DNA of 63,879 bases, counting the filler, from Octopus bimaculoides (Eukaryota): NCBI RefSeq assembly GCF_001194135.2. It is 5 parts of 5 records of this genome, joined end to end, with 100 filler letters (N's around TTAATTAATTAA, not from the genome) between each part and the next. Parts side by side here need not be neighbours in the genome. Positions count along the whole stretch, not along the records: positions 24,077 to 53,672 come from NC_068981.1; 4 more parts are not named here. One strand, written 5' to 3'. The position numbers were made by a program, and so were the translations under genes. Under the pieces are notes generated by a model. The model was not told the DNA's origin, did not search any database, and was given only the letters and a program-made list of their open reading frames with translations. Below are positions 39,043 to 52,300 of this stretch, in pieces (position 1 is the stretch's first letter; every line of letters starts with the position of its first letter).

Positions 39043-39310
39043 TGGGTGCGTGGCCTAGTGGTTAGGAAGGGTGTTGCACTGCCGTGATTGGGGGTTCGGA
39101 TTCCTGGATAGAGTGATGCGTTGTGCTCTTGAACAAAACACTTCATTTCGCGTTGTTCCGCGACCACTACGACTTCTGACGTGTAGTTCACTGTGCACCC
39201 TGCAAGCATGTCGATTTGATGGTAGGACTGAGCTATTAGCTAATGTACAACACCAATATTTGACCACAATAAACAAATTATGAGTGCAAACATGGATCTC
39301 ATCACGTCTG
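39043..39310 (+). mobile_element. tRNA-derived SINE, family E (V-domain-like)
   Basis: A-box-like gtggcctagtgg, B-box-like gggttcggattcc, then gcgttgtgctcttgaacaaaacacttc. Confidence 0.6.
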
Positions 39311-40650
39311 TTTTGACTTAAGTATATGTACATATACATGTGTGGTATATCTACATGTGCGCCTTCTCTATATATTTATAAAACTGAACACACATATATA
39401 AGGTATGTGTTTTGCTAGTTCGTAGGTAGGCTGCGCTTATAGGCATGAGAGAATATATTCTCATCAATACGCCTGATGTTAAAACAACTGGAAATCAGAC
39501 AAGCGAGATAACTCACATTTGATCCCATTCAGGAGCGATAGACATCGATGTTTCGTTTTGTGACTTATCAATACCGTGTACCCGAAACGAGGTTTTCTTT
39601 AACATAAGATTCATAAATAGCTGTCTGTGGTGTAGGAACCATCTGCTGGTATGTCCCAACGTTTTATACCACGGAAAAAATTCAAATATGAATTAGAAGC
39701 AGCTCGAGGGAAGTGAACAATATCAAACACGCATACACAAGTTATGTGTTTTGCTAGTTTGTGAGTAGGCTGCGCTTGTAGGCGTAAGAGAATATATTCT
39801 CATCAATTCGCCTTTGATATATATATTAAAGTGTAATAATGGTAGAAATAAAGTGCATAATATACACTGTAATAATTACAGTTGCATTATATAATCAAAT
39901 TATATATTTTGCACTTTATTGTGTTTTGTTACGCGTATGATCGTCCCAGGTCGAAGAAAATTGTCTTGTATGAAATCGGTTTTCCAGAATTAAATTTCTC
40001 TCATTTAATCCTTTTAAGAAAGCTTACCTTTACTAAATTTTCTTTAAAATTAACAGAGGTATGATGATTTAAATACGATATTAGGCATTGAAGATGTGAC
40101 AACTTTTTCTCTCAAAAGTTTTTTTTCTACGGCACTAATTTTGAAAAGATTGTCATAATTAGATTCCTTTTAGCGAGATCTTTTATTCAAGTGTAATTAA
40201 AAAATAATAAATAAGAAAGCTGTACTGCTTAGAAGCTGTATCTATATATCTCTTACTCTCCCACTTTTGAATACTTAACTTTTTCCCGAACCAGTTTTTA
40301 TTATAATATCGAGAATACAACAGATTACAGGAATTTTCTTACTGAACTTAACCACATTTAATTTGACCACGAATTACATTAACTTGAAGGTGTAGAAGTG
40401 ATCGCGAAAAAGTAAATGTTGACCTTAAGAATATTATTCACCCACAGCCGTGAGTGATTATATATTAGAGATTTCTTTACTTGTGTATGTCTCTCTGTCT
40501 CTCTCTATCTCTGTCTGTCTGTTTGTCTCTGTCTCTGTCTGTCTGTCTCTATATATTCATATACATACGCACACACATATATATATACACACATATGTAC
40601 CTGTGTGTGTGTATGTGTGCGTGTGTGTGAGTGTGTGTGCGTGTTTGTGT

Positions 40651-40693
<43 letters not shown>

Positions 40694-40744
40694 TGTGTGT
40701 ACATATTTACGATTCACTTATTTGTGTATGAACACACACACACA

Positions 40745-42059
40745 CGAGGTCTGATCAATAAGTATCCGGACCGGACTGGTGCTATAAAAACAAAACTACA
40801 ACGCGTACCAATTTGGCATTCAGTCTCCTTCAAAGTGGTCCCCTTCGGAAGCCACACAATCCAGTGCTGTTTCCATCGATGGAAGCATTCCTGGAACTCA
40901 TTTTCTGGGATAACCAGCAGCTACTTCGTTGTATTTCCCCAACGTCCTGAAATCTTCTTCCTTTCAAGCGGGATTTGATTTTTGGAAAGAGGAAAAATTG
41001 CAAGGGGCGAGATCTGGAGAATACAGTGGCTGTCGGACCTGGAGAATGATGTACCAAGCCAAAAACTGCTACACAAGCTGCGCTGAATGGGAAGGTGCGT
41101 TGTCATGGTGCAATTGCTGCTCACCAGACACATGCGATTGTGGCCTTTTCCAACGAATAGCACGCCGCAAACGTCGCAAAAACGTCACGGTAGTACTCCT
41201 TGTTTACTGACTGACCAGGTGGAGTATACTCATGATGAACAATTCCCTTATAGTCGAAGAAAATGGTCAACAGTGTCTTCACATTGCTTCGATTCATTCG
41301 TGCTTTTTTCGGTCCTGGAGAGGTTGGGGTCTTCCACTGCGAAAACTGAGCCTTTGTTTCAAGGTCATAGCCATAGACCCACGGTTCATCACCTGTTATG
41401 ACCGTTTTCAAAAAGTTTTCATCGTTCTCGACACAATCAAGGCGATCTTGTGCAACTGAAACTAGAGTGTCTTTTTGGTCAGCTGAAAGTAGTTTTGACA
41501 GGAACTTGGCAGACACGCGTCCCATACCCAGATCTTCAGTGATAATGCACTGAACTGAACCGTACCTAATCTGCACATCTTCTGATAACTCGCGGATGGT
41601 GATTCGACGATTTCCCCTCACAGCTGCACTCACATCTGCGATGTTTTTCTCAGTTCTGTTGGATGCAGGTCTCCCGGAACATTCGTCAATATCGACAGCA
41701 TTTCGGCCATCTTGGAAACGTCTGAACTACTCGTGCACTTGTGTGCGGCTCATACACTCCTCCCCATACATTTTCTGCAACTTTGCGTAGGCCTCTGAGA
41801 AAGTATCGCCTAACTTTTGGCAAAATTTGATGCAGATTCTCTACTCAACTTTCTTTGTCATGGCAAATACGACGATCACACGCTACACACGTCCTTTCCA
41901 AGCACTGCTGAAAACAGCGAAAGTGAGCTACAACGTTAAAACTTAGTGCACATGCACGCACAGCAGAGTTCAAGGTCAATCTGTGTCAAGCGGATTCACA
42001 CTGCGTGCTTTAGCTTCGTTACTATGACAATAGTCCGGATACTTATTGATCAGACCTCG
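40745..42059 (-). mobile_element. Near full-length mariner transposon (1315 bp), inactivated transposase
   Basis: Matching 27-bp TIRs CGAGGTCTGATCAATAAGTATCCGGAC; TA on the right, CA on the left. ATG at 41861, then RICIKFC.., ITGDEPW, LHHDNAP, YSPDLAP. At least two stops and two frameshifts. Confidence 0.95.
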
Positions 42060-42116
42060 TATATGGAAGAGTTGAGAAGATTGTATTAAATTAAATATAT
42101 AATACGTGTGTGTGTG

Positions 42117-42154
<38 letters not shown>

Positions 42155-42989
42155 TAGATATGTATGCATATTTCTATATGTATGTTATTTGCTATGTTAA
42201 TCAAAGAAGGCCACTCAATGTAAATAAGTTTCGGAGTGTCACAGCAATATATTTAGGTTAGTAGACAGGATTCAATCTACTGCTTTGATTCTAAAGTAAA
42301 TTCAGTGTAGGTAACGTATTATAAAGCAAATAGGTGTTTTTTTAACCATTTAGTTTCAGCAAGCTGCTTGCCTATATCCTGCAGAATACTTTACATAGTG
42401 GTACATTTATATGTTTTATTTTGTGCTTTGGTTTATATGTATGATATTTTTCCACCCACCACAAATATAGATTAAAAGATGTTTATTTTCCAATTTCACT
42501 ATGGTGGAAGAAGTATTCGTACTGGAAAGAGTAATAAGTGTCGATTATTATTATTATTATTATTATTATTAGAGCGACGAAACTCTTCTGAACTCATTCG
42601 TTCAGTGTCTGCTAATAACTGAGTTATGAAGGTACATCGAACAGTTGTTTTTACATACATGATGTATGCTCTTGATCGAATCCATCTCTAAAATGATCTC
42701 ACCGCTTTGTTTTGACTCGGTATATCAGAGAGTTTCCGTCAGTCTAGTGGCTATAATAAAAGAAGCTGTATAGTGAACAACTGAAAGGAATGAAGCAGAA
42801 CTCTTCTTCAGCCATTCACGGTTAAATTTTTCATTTTCTCACATTCTCTTTCATATATAGACATATTTAAAATGACTAGAAAAGTGGAAAACCCTTTCTA
42901 GTTATAGGCAAAATATTTTCTGAGCAGTGCAAAGTTTGGGAGGAAGTAATTTAGCACCTCTTAAAGGGGAGGTATCACGGGTTACTGTG

Positions 42990-43780
42990 AATGATTTTCT
43001 TCAGTGTGTAACCCCCAAAATGCACGCTACGCACAGATACCATACAGTTTTCAATTCGAATAACATTAACATCAATTATTTTTGCATGGATAACATTGAT
43101 TCTCAGGTGAAACAGTACAACTATAACGAACCCCCACCATCAGCTAACAGTAATTGTCAAATATGTTTACTCAGAGAATCCTATCTGTCTAAAGAAGTCG
43201 TGTACCAAGTAACTATAATACATTTGAACGGCAGATGAAAGTATAATACGAATCTAATAACAGATATCTTAAATACCGTGACTTTCCTGTCACAATTTGT
43301 CTAGAATCTCAGGAACCAGGGACTGGCATGTTCTACAATAATGTGAAACATCATTAACAGAGCCAAACTGTGATTTAACGCAACATGGAACTGTGTACTT
43401 TGCATGATCAAAAGATTCTTGATTTTGAAACAATCTTAAACGAAGTATTGTCAAAAGTATTGATCAATTGTCGCCAACAGCGGAGATATCCTAGAAGCAC
43501 TTACAAAATATTAAAAACCAAAGAAATCAGCTCCAAGAAACCATCTCTAAAATAGCTTCACCTTCGCCCAATGATTTCCTTTGAAGAAAACAACCTTTAA
43601 TTGCCAGGCAAAGTGGCAAGCGGCGACAAGACTGATTACGTGACTAGCCTTAACCAATAAGAATTGACTTGGGAAGTGCACTCTCGAAATTAATATCTGT
43701 AGTCATCCTTCACAATTCCACAAGATCGTCTGAAGGATCGCACCCATCGACCACAAGTGTGAAACTGAGTAACGACAGAG
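42990..43780 (+). mobile_element. Penelope-like element 3' fragment 1 (post-RT/endonuclease region and 3' end)
   Basis: HRYHTVFNSNNININYFCMDN..NCQICL..VVYQVT matches the PLE HKIFNRNTVKVSYSC / CNC..VVY region; hammerhead-like motif at 43726-43775. Confidence 0.6.
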
Positions 43781-43959
43781 TGAATCTACCGACTGTTTTC
43801 ACATACATACATACATACATACATACATACATACATACATACATGGGTGCAACTGGGAATTATAATGAGGCACTTAGAAATAGTTGGTTCTCTGATAAGA
43901 TGATAAGATTAGATACGTAAAAAAAAAACACTAGGAATGCACAACGTAGGAATAGGAAT

Positions 43960-44600
43960 AGGAAAAGAAATATTTTATGGCATGATAAAAAGTAATAGCA
44001 GTAAAACTAATATAGCTTCAGAATTTCTTAATTTAAAAGATCACCATTTTCCGCCAGGGCATAAGTAGAGAAAAATATTGAATAGGAGCTACGTTAAGGT
44101 TACTTATTCAGCTTGCTAAAATTTCAGGTGTTATATCAGAAGTTATAAAACTGCGAAGCTGAGGAGAAGACAGGTGCAAATACCTATCCGACAAAGATCA
44201 TGCGTCTGTCTGACAAAGTCGATAATATATTGTTCAAAGGCTGAATCAAACAACAGTGATCAACCTAAATGTATATATATATATATATATTGGAACAACA
44301 GAACTTGCATTAAAAAGACTGTTATTAAAGAGTCCAGACAGAAAATTTGTTACGGTTTTGTTGAAGTTTATATGGTTCTTGCGTCAGACAAGCCCTCATG
44401 AATTCAAAGTAACCTGGTCTATTGTAGATAGTGCACAGCCATACAGGAACGGGACATTCAGATCAAAGATGCTGCGTGATCTTTGTTCGAGCGAAAAACA
44501 GAGAATTTTGACTCAAGTACCAATAGTTTGAAGAAAAGAAATGAGATGCTAATGTCTGGTATGCATGCGGTTAAGTATCTTTTATGCAAATACCAGCGTC
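43960..44600 (+). mobile_element. Penelope-like element 3' fragment 2 (GIY-YIG region)
   Basis: RKRNILW..FLNLKDHHFPPGHK*RKILNRSYVKVTYS; YIGTTELALKR..VTWSIVDSAQPY..DLCSSEK..KRNE. Confidence 0.75.
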
Positions 44601-44929
44601 CTTGAATTTCGTTGTGGTTAAAAAAAAAACTACTTTAGTTTGCGAAATAGGTTCTATTGATGTGTTTTAATACGTGTGGTTGCGTGTCTATATGTGAATA
44701 TATGTATATTAGCGCGCGCGCACACACACACACACACACATACAGACATGCACATATACTTACATGCCTGCGTACACACGCATGGACACACACACATATA
44801 CTCACAGAAATATATATACATATAGACGAACGTACACATACGTATGTATACACTCATATATACATATATATACATACATATAGATATCCGCATACATACA
44901 CATAGACATATCTGTGTGTTCAGTGTATG

Positions 44930-47460
44930 GTGTTTATTACTGTATTTGGGTACTCCATTTAGGCTGTTTATGGTTGTAAGGGTGGTGGGGTATTCCTACT
45001 GTAATAGGTGAATTAGCATTTTTTGGCGTGTATGCAGCGTGCAATCCTTTCGGATAATTAGTTGAGAAGTCTTTCTCTAGTAAATAAAATGGACAAAGAT
45101 ACTCCAAGGCACAACCCACACCTTCTGGACAGGGGCTTATATGGTTGTACGTGTTTTGTAAGTGCCTAGAACAGTTCATAATTAATGTTGTCTGATTTTG
45201 ATTTCCACAGAAATTCTTTAATGCATCTGCCGTAGCACTTTTATACACACACAGGCTACCTCGTGTGTGCATAGTGCATTTATATACGAGGTTCCGACTC
45301 ATACAGAGGTTACACAACTGTCATCTTGATTTGCCTTTACACGAGCATTTGTTGCTGGTTGTTGTTAGTGATCTGCAGTTATTGACTGCCGGTCTAGCTG
45401 CTTTTGTTCCATCTCGGTTTTTGTTCACTATGCTGTTGTTATGCGGCCTCACGGGGTTATTTAGGATTTGGTTGTTATTATTTCTGGAATGGTTAGTGCT
45501 GTGAATTCCTATGCATAGTGCTTCCTGGGAACCGGTCAAGGGAGCATTGTATTTAGGTTCGTTAGTGTTGTGCAAGTTTTTGCTTAGTTTTCCGTTGTTG
45601 ATTCAGTGCATGTGCTGCTCCAAGTTGCAGGAGTTTGCGTAAGACACTTTCACGTTATGCTTGTTAAATATGGAGTGGTATTTGTGTGGTCTGGGGAAAC
45701 GCCTGTCTAAGGTTGTAAATAATTGCCTAGCGATCTTTGAAGAAGCATTCAATCCGTGGATCGGCTTATACTAGAGTACAGTGTGGTTTTTATATTTTCA
45801 GTTGGGTTAATTTGTCCGAGTGTGTTTTGTGTGTTTAATGTAACCTGTTTTGTTGGGTGTTGTGTTTAGGTGGCAGTTTGTATCGCTAGAAGGTTTGGTG
45901 TTTCGGTTATCGTTATTGTTAGGTGTTATACATCCGTGATGGTGTTTGGGGACCGATGAGATTTTTGTGTAGGTGCGTGTTCTAGTTGTTTGGGTATCGT
46001 TGTTGGGTGTGTGTGTTGTTTCATGTATAAATTTAATTCGTTCTCTGTACCCAGCCCTAGTTAAAGCCTCATTATAATAAAGTGCATGTAAGTTGAATAT
46101 TTTTTTATTGGAAGGCAATCTGGATATCCTGGTCTGAATATTAGCTACCAGTCCCCGTATAATGGAGGGTGGATGGTTAGACATAGCGTTAATGTATTTT
46201 GAGTGGGCGTTAGGTTTGTGAAATGGCTCATATAGCCCGGTGTCAAGGTTGAATGTGGCGTCTAGGAAGTTAACTCTGCAGCATTCACTTTCTACAGTGA
46301 TGTTTAGTCCTACATTCTTAAATATCTTGAATAGTTTTTTCTTACGCCTTTCTAGTTCTACGCTATTGCTGCGGTTCAAATAGAAGAGAGTATCGTCCCC
46401 ATATAGAACCTCTCCGATATCTGGGAGAGCGACCTCCATTAGAGATAGGATGTAGACTCCAACGAAAGAAGTGACTTGTGCAGAGTCGGATGATCCTATC
46501 GTTATATCAAAGGCGTCGGCTCTATCTTCTCTACACCAGAGAAGGTCAAAATCCATGAAGGTACCACTAGCCGCTTGTATCTTGATGGGATAAATCGGAG
46601 TTGGACTGAGTAAAGATCAGAGCTTTATTGGGGAGGAAAGGGTTGATAGTTGTGTTGTAGCTTTTTATATCTAATTCTTTTCTACTCTAGGTACAAGGCC
46701 CGAATTTTTGGCGGGAGGGGGCCATTCGATTAGATCAACCCCAGTGCGTAACTAGTACTTATTTTATCGACCCCGAAAGGATGAAAGGCAAAGTCAACCA
46801 GCTCACCGCCTTTGCTTTCTATATCTAATTGCAGGAACTTGCTATTTTTGCTTGTATCTAGTTGCTTAAACCTCGCTATTTCTTCGAAGGTAATAGACCA
46901 CAAGGCTAGTCATATCTTTGATTTAAGGGTGGGTATTATTATATCTATAATTATCTTGCTAACCTGACCTATGTCGGATTTAGATGGACAGATTAGTCTT
47001 ACTGAAGGGTTGATTTGGAAATTGGGTTTGTGGTCTTTCAAGTGATTTTAAGTTTTCTAGGGGCGTATGGTTCAGTTCTATCGTCTATCTCTATCTTCCT
47101 AGCAATTTCTAAGCCGCAGCCGTTAATGTTATTTAATATTTGTATACTTGCATGTCTAGATTTGCTATTTAGTTCCTTCATTATCAGACTTTTATATAAT
47201 TGTATATGGATAGTGTAGACGTTACCGGTTTTAGAAAGGCAGTCGCGAAATCCCACATTCAACTGCAGTTTATACCGGAATTCAATTCCGAAAGACCTTC
47301 ACAGTCGGAATAAGAAATACGCACATCTGTTTTAGTGGATAAACTCAGCCATTAATTTCCATTTCATTTCCCGTGATAATTGCAAAAAATTTAGCAGCTA
47401 CTTAACCACCATCAGATAGGCGACGCCAATTAGCGTCTTACGTATTCCAGAATCACTTTG
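44930..47460 (-). mobile_element. Penelope-like retroelement (RT plus GIY-YIG remnants), interrupted by a SINE
   Basis: ITLKDHKPNFQINPSVRLICPSKSDIG (about 47040-46970); FDITIGSSD..YGDD..NITVE..VNFLDATFNL..KPN..SNHPP (46556-45807); RFPRPHKYHSIFNKHNVKVSY; LVYKCT. Frameshifted. Confidence 0.9.
46678..46812 (-). mobile_element. SINE family A with internal deletion, inserted in the Penelope RT
   Basis: tacttattttatcgaccccgaaaggatgaaaggcaaagtcaaccagctcaccgcc. Confidence 0.85.
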
Positions 47461-48283
47461 GGAATCTTCCATATTTATAAATTAATGCAATCCTAGAATA
47501 TAAATAATAATTCGCTATAATGTAAGATGTTAAGATATATATATATATATATANNNNNNNNNNNNNNNNNNNNNNNNNNNNNNNNNNNNNNNNNNNNNNN
47601 NNNNNNNNNNNNNNNNNNNNNNNNNNNNNNNNNNNNNNNNNNNNNNNNNNNNNNNNNNNNNNNNNNNNNNNNNNNNNNNNNNNNNNNNNNNNNNNNNNNN
47701 NNNNNNNNNNNNNNNNNNNNNNNNNNNNNNNNNNNNNNNNNNNNNNNNNNNNNNNNNNNNNNNNNNNNNNNNNNNNNNNNNNNNNNNNNNNNNNNNNNNN
47801 NNNNNNNNNNNNNNNNNNNNNNNNNNNNNNNNNNNNNNNNNNNNNNNNNNNNNNNNNNNNNNNNNNNNNNNNNNNNNNNNNNNNNNNNNNNNNNNNNNNN
47901 NNNNNNNNNNNNNNNNNNNNNNNNNNNNNNNNNNNNNNNNNNNNNNNNNNNNNNNNNNNNNNNNNNNNNNNNNNNNNNNNNNNNNNNNNNNNNNNNNNNN
48001 NNNNNNATATATATAGCTGCAATATTTTAAGTAAAAATGTTCGACTAAAGGTGGTGCTACAGCATGGCTGCAGTCAAATGACTGAAATAAATGAAAGAGA
48101 GTATATTTTAGATTAAAAAACTTTATCATAATTTTGAAAAATAAAAGTAGTATAAAAAAACCGCATTATTTATGGGATGACCCAATGTTTATATGTGTGT
48201 GTATAAGTATATATGTGTGTGTGTGTGTATGTATGTATATTTATGTATATACATATGTATGTATGTATACATACGCAATCATA

Positions 48284-48319
<36 letters not shown>

Positions 48320-49111
48320 CATACACCCACATATGTATACATCTACTCTCATCTATGTAACTATGTATTTTTATGTCTATACATTCATCCATATTGTTTG
48401 TACGCACATGTATATACATATATACATTTATGAATATGTGGATATTTTTGAAACAAGCCTGTATGCTTTTGCGTGTGCGTAAGCGTGCATATACGAGCTT
48501 CTGCAAGTGTGTGTGTGTATGTGTGTTGCATGTGTGTACGTGTGTACGGGTATGCATGTATGAGCAAGGAGAAATTTGCGTGTCGTTTAATGGTAAACTT
48601 ACATAGATGATATATCCGACAAGCAAAGAACATTGTAAGTAATTACCTAGAGATATGAATCTTGGCACACCACCACCAGCACACCACCCCTAAACCGCAA
48701 CTCATTACTAACCCCGCGCCACTCTACTATCACATCATATTTCCTCAACCTCACCCTCAATACCCAGCATCACGTTCCACCCATCGTGCCATTTTAGTCA
48801 GCTAAAATCCTGGTCGAACTTGTATAAATGTAATAACGAACGGGTAGTCTGATGTGTTGTGGATATTTTTCTGTAGAACTTCGATGAGGACGATTACTTC
48901 GGTTGAAAATAAAGCAAGCTAAGTAATTAAAGAGGAGCAGAAAGGAATTAGTTCAACTAGGGTGGAAGTGTGGACTGTGAGGGAAATATCAAATAGATTC
49001 TCTCAGTCAGGGGTACCGGATGTTGTGTGGAACAACTGTAATAAAGTAAGTAGCACACACGGAGTAATGTAAAACATTATAAAAACCAATGTGTTGAGAA
49101 AACAAAACTAT

Positions 49112-49179
<68 letters not shown>

Positions 49180-49234
49180 ACTACTACTACTACTACTACT
49201 AATACTAATAATCCTTTTTACTATATGCACAAGG

Positions 49235-49445
49235 CCTGAAATTTTTGCTATGTTGACGTCGACAACATATGCCGACACAGATCTACTACAATCTATTTCA
49301 CGCAGGATGCTCCTCAACATCTCTAGCTTGTATAATAGTGGCTCGAGAGTCAGTACGTACAGCAGGGACGAGAGAGGGAAACTTTGGCGGACCGAGCGAG
49401 TGATGTTGAACGATTCCGAGAGATGACCGTTCATTCTGACCAATG
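49235..49445 (-). mobile_element. Tx1/L1-like RT fragment
   Basis: NGHLSESFNITRSVRQSFPLSSLLYVLTLEPLL..VSAYVVDV. Confidence 0.8.
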
Positions 49446-49454
49446 AACAGATGT

Positions 49455-49955
49455 CGCTATGCTACACGATAAGATCGCAAGAATTATTCATATTGGGGAT
49501 GTGTTGCAAGTATGGATTGGATAGTGGAAAGAAGTGGTATGGGTAAACCCCAAAGGGAGTAATCGAGAATGGTAAAGTAAAGGTACTGTGAGATCTAATG
49601 ATCGAATGTGATCATGAAATTGAACATCAAAAGCCTGATATAGTAGTCGTGAATAAAAAGGGGGGAAAACCCTGCTTAATAACAGATATGGTGATGATAG
49701 AATATCAGAATGAGAAGAGAAGCAGGTCAGAATAGCAGGTCCTATTTGAAGTAGGAGATAAAAAGAGTGTGATTATTGGAGAAATGTGAAAAGAGCACCT
49801 ACAGAAAATAACATTGCTGGAACTGCGCGTAGTCTTCACAAATCTCTCGAAATCTGAATGAAGAGTGTTATCTTAGTCCATCGTCTGTGGACAGCTGAGA
49901 CTTTGTAACATCTCCCAGCCAAGATACTGTGTTAAACAAGAATAAGATAATATTT
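49455..49955 (+). mobile_element. R4/Dong-clade non-LTR retrotransposon 3' fragment (restriction-like endonuclease region)
   Basis: HDKIARIIH(W)..KWYG..VIENGKVKVL*D..IEHQKPDIVVVNKK; ends in a TAA-like tail. Confidence 0.7.
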
Positions 49956-50433
49956 CCTTCAATTTTAGGCACAAAGCCAGCGATTTTAGGAGAAGGGGCA
50001 ATCAAAACACCGTATAGTGCCCTAGAAGTTAATTTAGTTAAAACAGAGTATGATACTGGCCACTATCACTATACGACTAAGTGAATTATAATTTAAGATT
50101 ATATGTGACCCGTAACAGGTAGAATAACAGCAAAATAATATTTTATCTTCACACAAACAGAGAAAATAGTTTAAGATGTAAGGTGTTCGTGATTTGTTAT
50201 GTATATTAACAAGGATGAACTTAGTTTCATCCCAGTTTGTATATACAATAAATAGCTAGAAGCTACCATTATCTCTGTAGTCAGGAAAAATGAGTAACTG
50301 TTCTCTGATGAAGAGGACATACGTTGATACTAGTCTAGATATCTGCTGTTCTAGCCACAGAGAAGAAAGAAAATGTTTTAAACACCTTAACGAGACTAAA
50401 TACCTACGTTAATACACACACACACACACACGC

Positions 50434-50468
<35 letters not shown>

Positions 50469-50725
50469 TACATATATATTCATGTAAACAGTCGCCAAAT
50501 CTCCCTCAAATCATATATTCTATCGTGTATAAAAAAGAAAACATTTGATAATGTAGTCCCTGATATAGAAGAGAAAGGCACCATGGTCACGGCTGGAACG
50601 GCTTATATCATAACTCTCGCACATGAATGACTGAGATTAAACAACTATAGATGTTTCTAACCAGCAATGAATCTTCTATATTAATGTACTCAGTGTTACT
50701 TGGAAAGAAGTACTAGAAAACGATA

Positions 50726-50766
<41 letters not shown>

Positions 50767-51233
50767 CCTTAGCAAGTCGTGTTAAAATGAATACGAATGA
50801 CTGAAAGAAGACAAAACGAAGCATAAGAAGAAAATGGAACGAATCTTGAAGCAAAAAGATTTAAAAATTGCCGAAAGGAAACAGGTATAAAACTTATCAT
50901 GTATGCACGTGTATCTGCGAATAATCAATCTTTAATTTAGTTAGGTGTGCATACGCACATGTACATATAAATACACACACATAGACACGCATGCACAAAG
51001 TCTTATGTAAAGACATATCTACACACGCATACACACACATACATAAGTATATGCGTGCGTGCATGAGTATAGGAACACGTTTGCGAATTTATAGAAATAT
51101 TTGTATACGCATGCATGTACCCATGCGGATAATTGTGTATGCATAAATGCGCATGTGTGTATATATCTAGAGCAGTAAACAAAACATTCTGTAAGCCTGT
51201 GAAACTCTATGTGTGCATGTGTGTATGTATGTA

Positions 51234-51312
<79 letters not shown>

Positions 51313-52038
51313 ATGTGTGCGCGTTCTGTGTATGTGCATGTTTGCAAGTAAATCTGGGGTGGGTTATGTGAGCGTATTTAAAGTAGAAAGCAGAACCCAA
51401 AATAGTCGTCCATTTAACATTGTGATCCACGTAATAAAGCAGCAATACCTTATAAAGATTCAATGTTACACCATTTCAAATCATTTCACACAAATTCAAA
51501 CGAATTTCTTATCTCATTATGTTTACGAGAATATCATTTTAAGCATGACTTGCGAAAAAGATCTGCCAATGAGAGTTGCAATTATAAGCAGATTATAAGC
51601 ATCCGTTCTTGGTTAGGGTTGATATGACCTACAGTATACCGGATGGAATAAGCATTGTATAAGAATATTAAGTGCTTATTTAGCAAACAACCATTAGAAT
51701 TAACCTAACAGAACGTCCATGCTATAAGAACAGACGTAAAATAATGGGTTATCAGTGCATCACAGTTGTATACTTAACATAAATAATTAGCACGAATCAA
51801 TTCAATACATGTTTGTTCGTACTAATAGTCGTTAAATAGTTTCTCTCTCTCCCCCTCTCTCTATTTCTCTTTTTCCTTTCTTTCTTTCTTTCTTTCTTTC
51901 TTTTTCCCCCTCTCTCTTTCTTAGTCTATCTGCCTGTCTATCTGTTTGTTTGCCTGTTTATTTGTTTGTCTGTCTGTTTGTTTGTCTGTCTGTTTGTTTG
52001 TCTGTGTGGCTGTCTGGTTGCCCATCTGTCTGTATATA

Positions 52039-52300
52039 CGAGATGCATTTAAACAGTATCCGACTTTATTATTTCCCGCAAATACTAATGCCATGTGGGT
52101 AAAATTCTTTGGGTGGGAGGTGACACCACTCTTCCTGCGCATCCGGAAAAATTTTCGCGCCGGTCGGCCGCACCAATTCCCGGCTGCGCCGAGAGTAATC
52201 ACATGAATTACTCTGTGTGAGTCGCGGTTGAGAAATTCATCCAATTCTCTCTGCTTGCAGCACCAAGGTCAAGCATGCGCCAGATTCCTGGGCGGTTTTG
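52039..52300 (+). mobile_element. Mariner terminal fragment
   Basis: TA|CGAGATGCATTTAAACAGTATCCGACTT resembles the other mariner TIRs in the window. Confidence 0.5.
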
